This document shows, one piece after another, positions 13,650 through 27,212 of a DNA stretch of 64,000 nt. The DNA is from Ruditapes philippinarum (lineage: Eukaryota), in contig NW_026862271.1 in NCBI RefSeq assembly GCF_026571515.1, positions 1 through 64,000 of the forward strand, given 5' to 3'. The notes under the pieces are model-generated. The model was not told the origin of the DNA, did no database searches, and saw nothing but the letters and a program-made list of their open reading frames with translations. The position numbers and the translations under genes are program-made. How positions within the stretch are numbered: position 1 is the stretch's first letter; every line of letters starts with the position of its first letter.

Positions 13650-14285
13650 TGTTATGTATGCAACATATTACATGTATATAATTTATATCTGACCAGTTGG
13701 TATTTCCAATATTATCATTGTTCTATTTTTAGAACATAAACTACATGTATGTACTAGAAGGTTCTTAATTGTTGTAGAAAACTCATGCATTATATTTAGA
13801 TAGAAACTTCTGGAATGATCTTTATTGTTGAAGTTGCTAGATTATGATTACTTGAGAACATAATAGACCTTTCTGGAAACTTCTTAGTTAATATATATAA
13901 GGAGACATTTTTCATTAATCGGATCTTTAAGTCATCAGTTACCTTTTTAGTCATCAGTGATCTTTTAAGTCATCAATATATTTGGAGTATTATTCAACTT
14001 GGAAATTAAGTGATTTATTGGAGCTTGGATTATTAATTATTCTTGTGGATTTTATTGTGGGAATTTATTCTAAAGTGTTCTTGGATTTAACTTGGATTTA
14101 ACTGTGCTATTGAAAAAGGATCATTCCAGGATCAGACTAGACATTTGTAATTTTTATTTGGACTTCAGGTATTTGTAAAGATAATTTGTTATTTTATTTT
14201 TCTTTAATAATTTTTCTGTAATAAATTTGTTATTGTTACAAGTTTGTTGCTGGCTTTTCTTTCTCGTTACGCCTGGTTCGTAACA
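13650..14285 (+). mobile_element. Solo LTR (636 bp)
   Basis: TGTTA...TAACA termini and 4-bp TSD ACAC (13646-13649, 14286-14289). Internal TATA (TATATATAAG ~13892) and AATAAA (~14220). Confidence 0.75.
13803..13900 (+). promoter_or_regulatory. Heat-shock elements plus TATA box in the LTR U3 region
   Basis: GAAacTTCtgGAA (13803-13815) and TTCtgGAAacTTC (13871-13883) are perfect three-unit nGAAn HSEs immediately 5' of TATATATAA. Confidence 0.55.
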
Positions 14286-14903
14286 ACACAAAAAGATTGT
14301 GTTACCTTTTAAACTCAGCACATGACATAATTAAACAGAGTTATAATACAGACTGTCATTGTTGGCATTTCTGTAAAGAAAAGACCAAATATATTTAACC
14401 AGCAATAGGGCATCACATGCGACTTCACAGACATAGTTTTGCATTCTTATATTCACATTAGACATATTCAGTAAGTTTTTTTCCTAGATTTTCTATAAAT
14501 TTCTGCTATAAAAATATTATACCCAAATATGAGCACAGTATAAATTTAAAACACTAGCATTAACCGTACTATGTATATGTATATTTGAGCATTATAAAAC
14601 CGAAAGATGACCGCTTCTAATTTCATAATGAAAATTTACTTAAACATGAATGTTACGGGACACAAACATGACTCGATGCCACGGTCATTGAGTTGAAGGA
14701 CACTTTCTTTTGGTAATTACTAATTAACACAGCGTTCAAATTGGTAAGACCTTTTTTCAATGTTTTGCTCTTAGTCACGTTATGTCCACCAAAGTGTAAA
14801 CTTTGAGTGCAAAGGTAAAATTCAAAATGACTTGATTGTGTTCAATTTTATACTACGCATAAATAAACAACAATCCACTTGACCAACGGGCATTTCGATA
14901 AAT

Positions 14904-15138
14904 GAGCCGCGTCACGACAAAACCAACATAATGGGTTTGCGACCAGCATGGATCCAGACCAGCCTGCGCATCCGCGCAGTCTGATCAGAATCCATGATGT
15001 TCGTTTACCAACTCTATTACAAGTAGAGAAACTGATAGCGAACAGCATGGATCCAGATCAGACTACGCGGATGCGCAGGCTGGTCTGGATCCATGCTGGT
15101 CGCAAACCCATTATGTTGGTTTTGTCGTGACACGGCTC
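14904..15138. mobile_element. Complete palindromic MITE, Sola-type
   Basis: GAGCCG...CGGCTC termini, ~100-bp TIRs and 4-bp TSD AAAT on both sides. Confidence 0.85.
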
Positions 15139-16707
15139 AAATATTGTTAAGAATGTACGAAATCCTCATGGTGCTGATGTATTGTCTAATCAGGTATATC
15201 CGAAAATGTACAGACCTGTCACAAACAATAGAGGTGTGTAAAAAAAATGCTTCACGGGTGGTTTGTTATACTCACATAACCTGCAGTCAAAACTGATAAA
15301 CCTAATGCTTTATTGTTTAATGATTTCCGGCATATTGTAGGATAATTTTTATTACATTTATGACAGAGTGATCATATTTGAATAACAATAACGCACGCGC
15401 AAAAACCTGACAAATACTGTAAATCTTGATTAAACATGGACTTTTTATTGCCTTTTTATTTATTACAAATCTTTATGCAATAAAGATAACAATACTTTTT
15501 AAAGATACGATGTTCTACAAACCAAATTTAGCAAATTTTAAAGAAAAACTACGATTCTCATCATACATAAAAGGTGATATTTGAGTAACGTAGAAAAGAA
15601 AAACATGCACATTTGATGGAAAATTTTATAACTTATGCACTAATTGTACAAATTATAAAATGACGCTAATGTTTTGTTGTTTTTTGTTGTTTATTTTTTT
15701 TTGTCCGCCAGGGTCTATTTTGCCTCCTAATTTCAAGTTCGTCCTATTGCAGATTGCTCGAAATTGTTGCCTTTTTTCACGTGACATTTTAACAGTACTT
15801 GATATTGTGATAGTATTCAGTTCAATTGATTAAATTGTTCGTATATATTCGGTGAATTTCATTAGATTAAATGTACTCTGTCCATAAAGTTCTTAATTTG
15901 ATAATTTCAGACAACATCTCCCAGTTTTTTTTTTAGATGACACTAATTAAGTTGTTGAATTGTTCCGATATTTTCCTCTTAATATTTGCATTAGCTATTC
16001 AGTGCTGGAAACATTTTTTTTTGTAAACTTTCAAAGAATTGTTCCATATTTCTATGTCGGTATCAAAAGACTGTTTCTTCACTGTGTCATTTGTATTAAG
16101 AGCAACTGGACCAAAAGCTTAACCAAGGACAATTGTAACAATGTTGTTTCTCGATGTATTCTTAAATGGCCAAGTTCTTCTCAATCTTAACTCATTAATA
16201 GTTACATGGAGGACTTTGCCTTAGCTATGTTAGCTTTGTATTTGGGAAATGAGATTAAAAGTTTGTAGGAAGCAGGTATTGAAACTAAATTTAAAGAATT
16301 AGTCAATTTTGCAAGGTATTTCAAGAAAAGAATTCACAATAGAGCTTCATTATGGCTTGATGTATGAAGTTTGAATTACTCGTCAAATGGAGTCTTAACT
16401 ATAAAACATAAGTAGGAAAAATATGATGAATGTCATTACATCAAAATAAAGCTTAAATTGTATCCAACAAGTGTTGCCCACATGCATATTTAATTGATGA
16501 TAAATAGCGAATACAATGGTTTTTTTTTAATTATTCACTGAAATATACAAGGGTTATCTGCCATAAACAAATACAAACAAAGGGCATAACAAGGAGCGTC
16601 TCAAATGCTTTACTTCCGTTTTAGATAAGATACCACATTGTATTTTATGCGATGTGCACGATTTTGTAAAAATAATAGTTCAATGTTTAGAGCCATGTAA
16701 TATTAAA

Positions 16708-16855
16708 GAAATAATGTATTCTCAACAGTGATTTTATCTCGAAATAAAAGTATGTTTATATTTCGGATGCGATAAATTGCACCATGAGGGGCGCATCCGA
16801 AAGATAAACAGTGATTTTATTTAAGCGACAGATTCACTGCTTGGGATATATTAAT
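16708..16855. repeat. Imperfect palindrome (foldback, possibly Crypton-like non-autonomous element)
   Basis: Arms GTTTATATTTCGGATGCG / CGCATCCGAAAGATAAAC with further outer complementarity. Confidence 0.45.
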
Positions 16856-17356
16856 TCGATTCTAACACATTAACAAATAAATGCTACCGTACCTGATATC
16901 AGCGTCGCATTTTCAAACTTCCTTTTTTTCAATAGGGAAAAATGCGGGTAATTTTTAGAACTGGTTTCAATACATGTACATATTAACATTGTAAGCAATC
17001 GGAACATCTCGAAAGGGCCGAAAAGTTGTCAGCTGTTTTCTTTTGATAACGTATGTTATCTGTATAGCTAATTAGCTATTAATGGTATTACCTCTATTCC
17101 TTACTTAACTGTTTTACATTTTGAAACCTTATCATCATTCATTTTTAGATGAATTTCTCTTCCATTTATTTTGAACATTTGTTTCCTTTACCTCTTTACC
17201 ACGAGCTTCTTTCCTCACATTCCTCTTTTCGATATCAGTTTTTGGTGCAGATTAACGGAACACATGCTATTGTATAATCTTTTGCAGTAATTTCCGAAAT
17301 TTTGCTCATAATTTTGTTAACTTTCTTCAAAATTCATTTTTCTTTCAGACAGTTAT

Positions 17357-19747
17357 TTACAACACTGATTCACTCCTATTGATATCTTTATCGTTTTCCA
17401 ATAAATGAGTACTTGTTTCTGGACATTGTATGTCATCGTTAGTTGTTTGTTCTTTTCTGCAATGTTTGCTTATTGAATACTTGGCCTGAAAATTAAAAAA
17501 GAGCTTATATGAATTTGTGTAAATAATAACTTTTACAGCAGCTGTTAAGTAGTATGCAGTTAGAGTTTGAAGTGGAAGTGAAATAGCAATGACATTTATT
17601 AAATCCGTTATCGATCTGTAGTCAACCTTTCACCCTTTAAAATTACGGTGCACCGATCTTTGTAAAAACGTATTGACCTATGCCAAAATAACATGCACTA
17701 GTTGTAGACTTTAAACTGTACCAAATACTCCGAAAAACGATTTTAGGAGCATCGTAGAACGAAAAGTGTTCTGGGGTGCATGTCCCCGTACCACATCAGT
17801 TGCACGGGTAAAAAATCGTGACTGTGGCCTGAATTTTAATAATTAGTAGAAACGATGACAAACGTCTCAAGTATTTCAAGCAGCAAAAGTGATCTTTGCG
17901 CGGTCTCGTTGCAATGAATTAATATAGGTTTAGATTACCGGAGACAGTATTGAACAATTAGAGTACAAACAGAAGTAGCGATAGCGATAGCACTGACATA
18001 AGCAATGAAAGTGACAAGAGTGTTGATGAACCATAAGCAATTGCAATGACAGTGACAAAAAACATCCGGATAATCAGCAGCGATGATGATTTGCAGATAT
18101 AATAGAAAGTAAAAATGTCCGCAATATATTTGTGAAAGCAAAAGTTGAAGCACTATCATAGGTGGCACTAGTTGTTGTAGCGACAGAGATATCAGGGACG
18201 ATACTACCGATAGTACAAGTAGCGAACATTACAATTACAATGGTTATATCAGAAGCAAGACAGTGATTGTCAGTGACTGCACCAACAACAGAAGCAAAAG
18301 CGATGGTAGCAATAATATCATTGGCAGAAACGGTAGTTGAAGAGGTTGTACTGAAACTACCAACAACAATACATGTAGAATTGGTTAAACATATTTATCT
18401 TTTAAAATACATATACATGCTAGTGATTTAATTATATAGAAAGCATTTCAAAAATCCTTACAAAAAAGGATAAGATTGGAAGATAAAGTCTTACAAAATT
18501 CTTTTCCTGAATTGATAGTTGACATATAATGTAAAAGATGCTTAATTCTTAACAAAGAAAACTGAGGCTTATATCTAAAAAGAGAAAACAGATGTGTATT
18601 ATTTGACTGCCTAAAATAGATATGGTTTGACGCAATCAGTAGCGATTGCAATTATTTCAACTAATAAATATAACTATTTTACGAAACGTAAGTAATGGTG
18701 GGGAGCAATGGAAGGGAAAGAATAACACATTCAAGTAAAGAATTACCCTTCTCTTCCTAAATTTTCTATAAGCGCTGAAAATGAAATATGTAAAACGATT
18801 TCATAATTATACCTAAATTAGATCATTTTGATTTTTATACAAATATGTAGAAACAAAATTTAGTGTTACCATTCGCAATATTGTAATTGGTGATACTCTG
18901 ATTTTTACTAATCCATTTGTTATAATTTTGTGATAAATTATTTGGTTTTCAAGAAAAAAACAATATTATTTCTCTACTCAACCACTAACTAAATTGCATT
19001 TTCTATGGAGATGTGACGGAAAAGCATCTTTAAATTGCAACTGAATACATCCTTACACGCCGCAGTTGTGGTGTGATCAAATAATGAAAATTATAACAGT
19101 AGCGCTTCGACAGTCCATAAGTATGCTTATAACAGTTATTCATTAAAATTTAAAAAGTTTGTTTTTTTTTAATTTTGAACATACATGTACTATAATGGAA
19201 GTCTGGATGATTGTCAACAGAGAAAAAAAGTGAGCTGTTTTGACGTCTAGCTCATTAAGAGACGTTGAGTTGGTGTTCAACTAAAAATAATTACATTCCA
19301 TGTAAGCATGTACACAATCACGTTATTATTGCTCATTATTGAACAAAATTTTATAAAAATGTTATATAATTATATAGAAAACACGTTTACTTACATATAT
19401 GATAATATCCAGATACCAATTATAATAACTACAACAATTATTACTACTAAGGTTGTTATTGTGGTGCTTGTCTGATTGGTTGTCGGTGTGGTTGTACTTC
19501 TTGTCGTGCAGGGAGTCTGTATGATTGGACAGTCTGTTTCAAAAAGTATACTATTTGTATAACATCTTCTGGCGATTATACAAACATCTTTTAACAACAA
19601 ACTGTTGTTAAGAGCATGATCTCGGAATTCCAAGTATGGTATCATCGGGGGAGGGCACGGTGCAGAGCGAGTAGCATCCTCAATACTTCTCCCTTTCATC
19701 GAACACAAACCGGTGTAAAAAGAAGTGAACATGAGTTTATAATCCAT
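17357..19747 (-). CDS. Paralog P2 of APCPP family, ~169 aa; exons 19747-19395, 18774-18747, 17485-17357
   Basis: ORF 19391..19747 (MDY..APCPPP..RDHAL..CIIARRC..TM) ends at AT|GTAAGT (phase 2). A 28-nt micro-exon TTTCAG|C GCT TAT AGA AAA TTT AGG AAG AGA AGG|GTAATT encodes AYRKFRKRR. The terminal exon TTTCAG|GCC.. encodes AKYSISK...RSESVL*. Confidence 0.78.
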
Positions 19748-21539
19748 AAATTTATCATTTACATTCCGTATTAAGATGCGAAAAGCATCTAGCTTTATAT
19801 TGCAGGATATTTCATCAGCTTATTTTGATTTTATGAACAATACAAGCGCATGTATTTCAGAATGCAGACTTACCGTATTGTTATCGTTCGTTTAATTGTC
19901 CATCGTCTTAGCCAGTCATGATTAAACATCCTTTGTACACTACTTTATTGTACCTTTCTTCAGTGTAAATCCAACATGGCGCGGAGAATTGTATATCATG
20001 CTTTTTACGAAATCATCCGAAAGAGTGTGACTTGTCCGCCTTGTGATGATTTTACGAAGTAAGAAAATCAACTATTTTACTTATACAATCTGCTTGTCAT
20101 TAAATAATTATATTATTAAGATTACATCTCAAGGTTACGCATATGGAAACAAATTGACACAATGTTACAAGTTCTTTTTCATCCGATAACAAAAAGCACT
20201 TTAACATGAAGCATGGGTCAATGACAAACTATGTTCAGATAAAATAAAGATAAACCATCTTTATATTTGCACAAAATTTGATTGTGGTACTGAAGATCAA
20301 ATAATATGATGTTCAGTTTCAATCTGTATTTGTTTTGAATACTTCATAAAGCAGATAACAACGAAACTATTTTTTTCACAGACCATATTGTTCGCAATTG
20401 TGTCGGTTCTTTCCCCCACTTTTTGTCTTTCAATGAAAACATCTTATAGTTGAATTCTTTCTAGTCACATTGTATTTGTTTTCATCTAATATAACTATTT
20501 TCACGTTATCCGCCATTTTATTATTAAAATGACAATTTTCAATTCAACTGTAATTTTTGTCGATTTTCCCCTCAAGTCAAATTTAACCATTAGAGCTTAA
20601 GGAGGTGGATTCATAAATTATTTTTTTCATCTAATTAAATGCAATTTGTATGACTCAAGAGCTAGAAATGGAGCACGTTTTTATGTGTTACTAGGCGATT
20701 TAAATTTCAGAAGTGCTTAAACTGTACCGACTACGAAAAATATGTATATAAATACTTTTGAAAAAACAAACAAATATATACAAATGAATTCAGAAAATAA
20801 AATAGAAAATAGAAAATTATTAATGTAAATCTTTAAAGGTTACTACTCTTTAAAATTAATCAAAAAATTGTCCCAAACACTGCAAGACGCGTATGCATTA
20901 TAAGCATATCAAGTTTTTTTGAGAATAGTATATATGTATTTGAAAATGTTATAGATACCTACGTATCTTGATTGTAAATAAAAGGTTTTGTTACCGTTCA
21001 CCCAGAGCCTCAATGGCATACAAGAATATCAAATACTACTAATGTATGTCAAGTCTTTATTGCAGTGATGATACATAACCCAAAACGTGATATGTAGTTA
21101 TGTACATGAAATCAGACATATACAATGTATTTCTTTGACATTATTTTTCTTTATCATATATTTGTTAATGCAATATTGCTGAAATATTGAGAAATATTGA
21201 TGAAATAAAATCCTTTTTATTCATTTTCCGTATTTTCACTGTAAATATAAATTTTCACTGCAGTTAAGCATATTTTCTGTATTTCCACTGGTATGTTGCT
21301 GGACTACATTCTTCTTATTTCAGCCAGCACACAAAATTAAAGGCGAAGTCTTTCCAATGATAAGGTTTTACTATAAATACGGGATATATTTTAATTACAT
21401 GGCATAAAAATTAAAATAGTTTATACCACTTGATGATATTAAACCCGTTTTGATAGATAAAACTTGAGTTTCATCTATTTATTATTGTTTCTAATTCGCA
21501 TTAAATTCCATGCGGAAACCGTAACTCGTTGAAGCGGTG

Positions 21540-23252
21540 TTACAATTTTGTAATTGTTATGCCTTGAGTTTCATTATTTACATATATAACGCTTGATTGC
21601 TTTAGTACAGTTTCTTTTGACAAATTTTGATCACATTTGTGTCCATGTTCATCATATATAGTACGTTGTGGTTCCGTAACCGGAGTAGCAGAAATAATTC
21701 TTATTTGTTTTGTCTTCCTTAATTTCAAGTAGATTATCATTCCTCTGAAATTTAGAAGGTAAATGTCAAACTCGTCAATTAATATATTTACAATGACAAA
21801 CATTAGCCAAAACAAAATCAGAAATATGAAGACAAAGATCCAACAGTGGAGAGTGATACTAACGTAACGCATCCCCCGGCAACGTAAGAAGTAGGAACCA
21901 TGATCACATTAAAATGTAGTTTTTCTGTGTGCTTCTGTAAGTAATGTTGTCAAAATTATATACGAATTTACGAGTACATGAGTTATAGAATAATGAGTTA
22001 TATCAAATAGTGGGTTATCACATTTTCAAAAATGCATTTTTATTTATTTATTTATTTGCTTCATGGCTGATTACAAGATTTATAAACGAACATGATATAT
22101 AAAGAGCTTATAATGAGGTCTTATAAGAGGTACAAAATCTTTAAAGCCATATCGACATTAAATGTTTTAACACCTGTAAAACATATCCAAATAACACATT
22201 TTGTTTCAACATCTTAACAAAAGATACTCGCACGAGGTAAAAGCACTTTTACTTACATATTTTTTCTGGAGTTTTGTCATAGCATTAAATGATTAAATCA
22301 ATGAAATACTGCAAGATATGTTTTAAAAATGAAACTGTCAAGTTTGGGTTTTTCATATTAGTGTTGACGCCTTTCGTTTTCTTTCATACATTTATTTTAA
22401 GAAAAAACTAATAATGTCAGTTTAACTTAACAAATTATTATCTTGAAAATTATCTAGAGAATTAATAACATTTTAAAAGCTGTGTACAACGTTGTAAAAT
22501 TTTTGGTTGCACGATTGGCAAAAATGCGAGAAATTCAACAAGAACATTAATTTTCGAAATTCCTTTAGATTAACTAAATATCTAGTGTAAATGTTTCAGA
22601 AAGATCTTTTAGATTATTTTACTTATTTTATGAAATTCCCTCTTTAAGATTGTAATTTTAAAATGACAAATACAAATTCTGCTAATATTCAGTTATTCCC
22701 TGTAAATTTCAAAGGAGGTCAAACCGTCTTCGTCCGAAAAAAGTAATAAAACTGGAGGATATTACTTCAAGAGAAACATTTGAAACGTGAATATTTGTAT
22801 GATTTTTGTCGTAAGTTATTACCAAACCATACTCACACGATGATGACAGCAATAGCAGACAAAAGTACGATTAGTATAACTATACCAATATCTTCGGAAT
22901 TAGCTTGTGAAATCGGTAAGTAATCACTGGATAACACTGTGCTTAGAGATGTACGAACTGTAGACGATGTCTGATACGTCGATGAAATCGTACTTGCAGA
23001 TGAGTTACCAGTAACAATGCTAGATAAATCATCTGTTGTCACAGTTGTTGATGTTAACGAGCAGTCAATATTAGAACCAGTTAAACCACATCTTGTTGCT
23101 AAGTTACAAACTTCATGCATACACAAACTTTGATTTAGTGCATGATCTCGGAATTCATTATAATTAAACCATTGTGGAGGACAAGGTGCAAAATTCAGAA
23201 AATCTATGTTTGTGACATTAGACGTCAGTTTACATAGACCAAAATAATCCAT
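21540..23252 (-). CDS. Paralog P3 of APCPP family, ~206 aa; exons 23252-22837, 21744-21540
   Basis: ORF 22833..23252 ends at GT|GTGAGT (phase 2). Acceptor TTTCAG|A GGA ATG continues in frame as GMIIYLKLRKTK...GITITKL*. Confidence 0.82.
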
Positions 23253-23787
23253 ATTAAAAACGTATGTCTCTGCTATGTAAAAGTTTCAATTAAAAAGATA
23301 TTCCATAAGTATATTCACTGTGCACAAATCAAAATATTTCATATAGTATATCTAAAGCATTTACAGCGTAGATAAATAACACGTGATATCACAAGCGAAC
23401 AAATAAAATGGTGATAATATAATACTGCATGAGGTATATGATAAATATGGTAAACTATGTAATTATATAGCTAAGCATGCAGGTGCAAATTAAATGATAA
23501 TGATACATAACATGTATGTAAAATTATTTTTACACCATTACATAAAATGATAATGCAATCAGAGGGCGATAAATAAACTTTGGACAAAATATTATTCGTT
23601 GCAAGAAAAAAGACAAGTACGAATATCAATTGTACTATCTGTAATATATATAATGTAAATGCTCTTCAGGGATGGAGGTAATAAAGATAATAATAAATAT
23701 AATGTATTATGTGTTTTTGATTATGTAATAAAACATTAACAAACATATTTGATTATTAAATGAATTATAACTGGTGTGCATGTAAAG

Positions 23788-24256
23788 TCAAACAAAAAGC
23801 AGAGACGACTTGTCATTATATTTCACTTCGATAGTAATCAAAGACAGTTTATTGTAATATGGATACTGCTTAAGCAATAATTCATTGCATTGCACGCGAG
23901 CTTGCCCATCTGCCAGTAAATGGGATATCCATCTAGCACAAATCAATCTCATTTTCAAGTCATGTTTTAAAAAAGAGAGGGTTGTATGTTCAATCGGCAT
24001 TAACTATTCTTTCACTTTAGCAACCTTTTTGACAGACGTTGCTGTTTAAATCCGACGGGCATGTTGTACATCTTCAGTCGTTATTAACTCACATTTGAAT
24101 TTATAAAACCAACGAATAAATGATGAAAAATACATTTCATTGTGTTCATATACAGAACAGATTTCATTAAAAATGTGTTGACACTATGCAAATGAGACAA
24201 CGATTCCTAATATAAGACCGCATTTCAATGGCATACTCTGGTCTTCTACCAACCAT
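23788..24256 (-). pseudogene. Mariner-type transposase fragment
   Basis: MVGRRPEYAIEMRSYIRNRCL and LKHDLKMRLICARWISHLL correspond to the mariner ARWVPHxL motif. Frameshifted. Confidence 0.8.
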
Positions 24257-25474
24257 TTGTGTATTACAGTATTTGAGTAGACAATGTATAGCGAGCCATG
24301 AATACAACTTAAGTGAACGGATTTTTTCCGCAATATTAAACAATTTAATTCTAGATGCAATCATATTTGAACACTCCTCGTACTGCGGCAATATAAAGTC
24401 GGTAAATGACACATTAAAATCCAAACTCCTCACACTGATTACCTCCCTTGGCAGAATTGTAATATCTGTACTGATTAGGGGAGATCACTGCGTATGAGAT
24501 TGATTAAAACCAGCATTAATATGCTAAAAACTTGCGACAGTTAACCGAAAAATGTCTGAAGATAATTCCGCAAAGAGCAGAGCTATCTAATACAATGAAA
24601 TAACAATATTTTTATCTAATAATACTGTAACATTGGCAGCAACTGACCTATGTTTTTTTTATCATACTCATTATCATACTTATTGACGTTTCCTTTATTC
24701 GTCAATTAAAGCAATTCGTCTCAAAAGTCGCATTGCAGTTTTGTTTTTTATAAGAAATATCTTGCTAATTTTACAAAAAGGAAAATTTGCTAAGTTCAAT
24801 ATGTTAACAAATATAAAACAAACAAAAACACTAAAGTCTTAACTCGACGACAGTTGTATAAATGTATACAATTTCTATTTAATTTGAAAGTGTTTCACAT
24901 TTTGCATCCGAATGTAATACAAAAGAAAGTACATTTGATTTGGTTTATTCCTTTTCTTCTTAAAGTGCTAACCCTTATAGAATAGCAGAATAACATTTTG
25001 TTCCTGAACATTTTATTCTGTGTACATACAATTTTCATATTTGTTGAATAACATATATATCTTATTTTCCAGGTATTTCAAAAGATATAGCTTTTATTTT
25101 TTAAATTAAGGGGCATGACAGCTTATTTTAGGTTTAAGGAGCAATCAGAAGAAGTTTCAGAATAACATACTAGAACGTACGTCAGCCACCAGGATACTCA
25201 TAGTCTGAATGAGATTAATATGTAAATAAGAAAATACCTAGCAACACTTACTGTATTGCTGTCATTATATCAATCATGCTTTTGTAACGATGTTAGATGA
25301 AATGATTTCTAGTAACTCTTGTAACCTAATAAGGTGAAACGAGAACCTATTTATTACCGTACCTGTATGAATCAAGAGAACGTAGGTTCGAGCCGATATC
25401 ACCTCGCGATCGTGTTTCTTCATTTGACACCGTCACTGGTTATATAGCTCAAGGAAGACAACAGAAACGTATAT

Positions 25475-25649
25475 NNNNNNNNNNNNNNNNNNNNNNNNNN
25501 NNNNNNNNNNNNNNNNNNNNNNNNNNNNNNNNNNNNNNNNNNNNNNNNNNNNNNNNNNNNNNNNNNNNNNNNNNNNNNNNNNNNNNNNNNNNNNNNNNNN
25601 NNNNNNNNNNNNNNNNNNNNNNNNNNNNNNNNNNNNNNNNNNNNNNNNN
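25475..25649. other. Assembly gap (N run)
   Basis: 175 N. Confidence 0.99.
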
Positions 25650-26232
25650 CGTACAGACGCACGCACGCACGCATGCACTGACTCTTTATGACCTAAGCGG
25701 TGGTTGAAAGGACGACAAGTTTAGATCTGTGCCTTTGTATATAAAAGTTTTCAAATACCTTTTTGGTTATGTCTTTTTTTCTCTAAAGTTACTTTCCATG
25801 TCAAAGAGTGTTTAGTTTATATAGATGTCTGATTAAATTGATTTTGATAAAGCAGTCAAACTATGGCAGGAACGATGATAGGGGGTGGGGGGGATTATGA
25901 AACATGCAATTCAAATTACCAGCTTGATGTGGATATCTTTTGGTATTGTTATGCATGTTATGACTACTACTGATTATGATCATTTGGTATGAAATAAAGT
26001 TTTTATCATTGTCCATCTTAATAACCGATAAGGACAGAAATACAAAACTGCCGTATGAACATAAAGATAATAATAAGCAATGATGTTATTCAGATAGAAA
26101 TATGAATAATTCAGGAATTCAAACTCCATTTAATTACCATTAACGTGCGTCATTGAAAAAAAATGAAAACGTGTTGTTAGTGGCGACAGCGGAGTATTTT
26201 TATTTATTTGCTTTCATCCGCGTATAACTGAA

Positions 26233-27212
26233 TTACGCAGTTGTTGTTTTAATATTTTGTAGGTTTTGTTCTAAATTTCCTTCACTAGAATTTTCTGAAA
26301 CAGGTTCTTTAATCGTTGAATAGCACTGCAATTCAAGGTCTTCTTTTGTTGTTCTAGGTGTTTCTTTTACAGTGTGTTGAGAATTTGTTGTATTAGCCCT
26401 TTTCTTTCTTTCCTTGTAGAGTGATATTCCTCTGAAATATAACGAATAACACATGGGTTTAACTGAAGAAGAAATGTTTTTTTTTATTATTTTGTTATAC
26501 TATGTTTTGGCTGCAATATCTAAGCAAATGTTATAGAATATTAAGTTTTTAAAGATATACTCTGCCCATCTTTGAGTAAAATATTCTTACGGAATATGTC
26601 GATAAATAAAAGAATGAATAAGCGGGGTTTTCTATTACAGGTCAGGTAAAGTTAATCTTCACTTAATGACACTATATATGCATATTGTGACCATCTATAG
26701 TGTGTAGAATTTTAAACATAACATATCCATTGTGTGTGAAGTCAAAAAATGTTACTTTATATTAAAAAGAAACAGTGTATCAACGGGAACATCTTTCTAA
26801 ATAATACATTTAGGTTTCCTTGAACGTGCCTAATAAGTGTATTATCAAATTATACTCACATGATTGTCATGATTGTCATGATAATGGCTGCAAGAATAGT
26901 CCAAACCACACTGAGTATGATTTTAATGTCATCGTCATTATTAACGTCGTCAAATGGTTGGTTATTACCAGTAACAACGCTGGATAAATCAGTTGCTGTC
27001 GCAGTCGTTGATGTTAACGAGCAGTCAATCTCAGAACCAGTTAGACCACATCGTTTTGCTAAGTTACAAACTTCATGCATACAAAAACTTTGATTTAATG
27101 CATGGTCTCGGAATTCTCTATAATTAAGCCACGACGGAGGACAAGGTGCGGAATTAAGAAAATCCGTGTATGTGATATTAGACGTCAGTTTACATAGACC
27201 AAAATATTCCAT
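26233..27212 (-). CDS. Paralog P4 of APCPP family, ~183 aa; exons 27212-26860, 26431-26233
   Basis: ORF 26856..27212 ends at AT|GTGAGT (phase 2). Acceptor TTTCAG|A GGA ATA continues as GISLYKERKKR...IKTTTA*. The ectodomain is 59/70 identical to P3 by manual alignment. Confidence 0.82.

Noticed and set aside
14848-15296. Three short ORFs
   Set aside because: They are translations of the palindromic MITE.
17110-17356. Coding-like purine-rich sequence beyond the P2 stop as a longer tail
   Set aside because: The frames I checked contain multiple stops; it could be a decayed extension but is not supportable.
17935-18370. Hydrophobic or Thr/Ala-rich ORF as an extra stalk or TM exon
   Set aside because: Degenerate triplet repeat in the P2 intron, with no compatible splice sites found.
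25420-25678. ORFs spanning N run (also 38124-38629)
   Set aside because: Artefacts of the assembly gaps.
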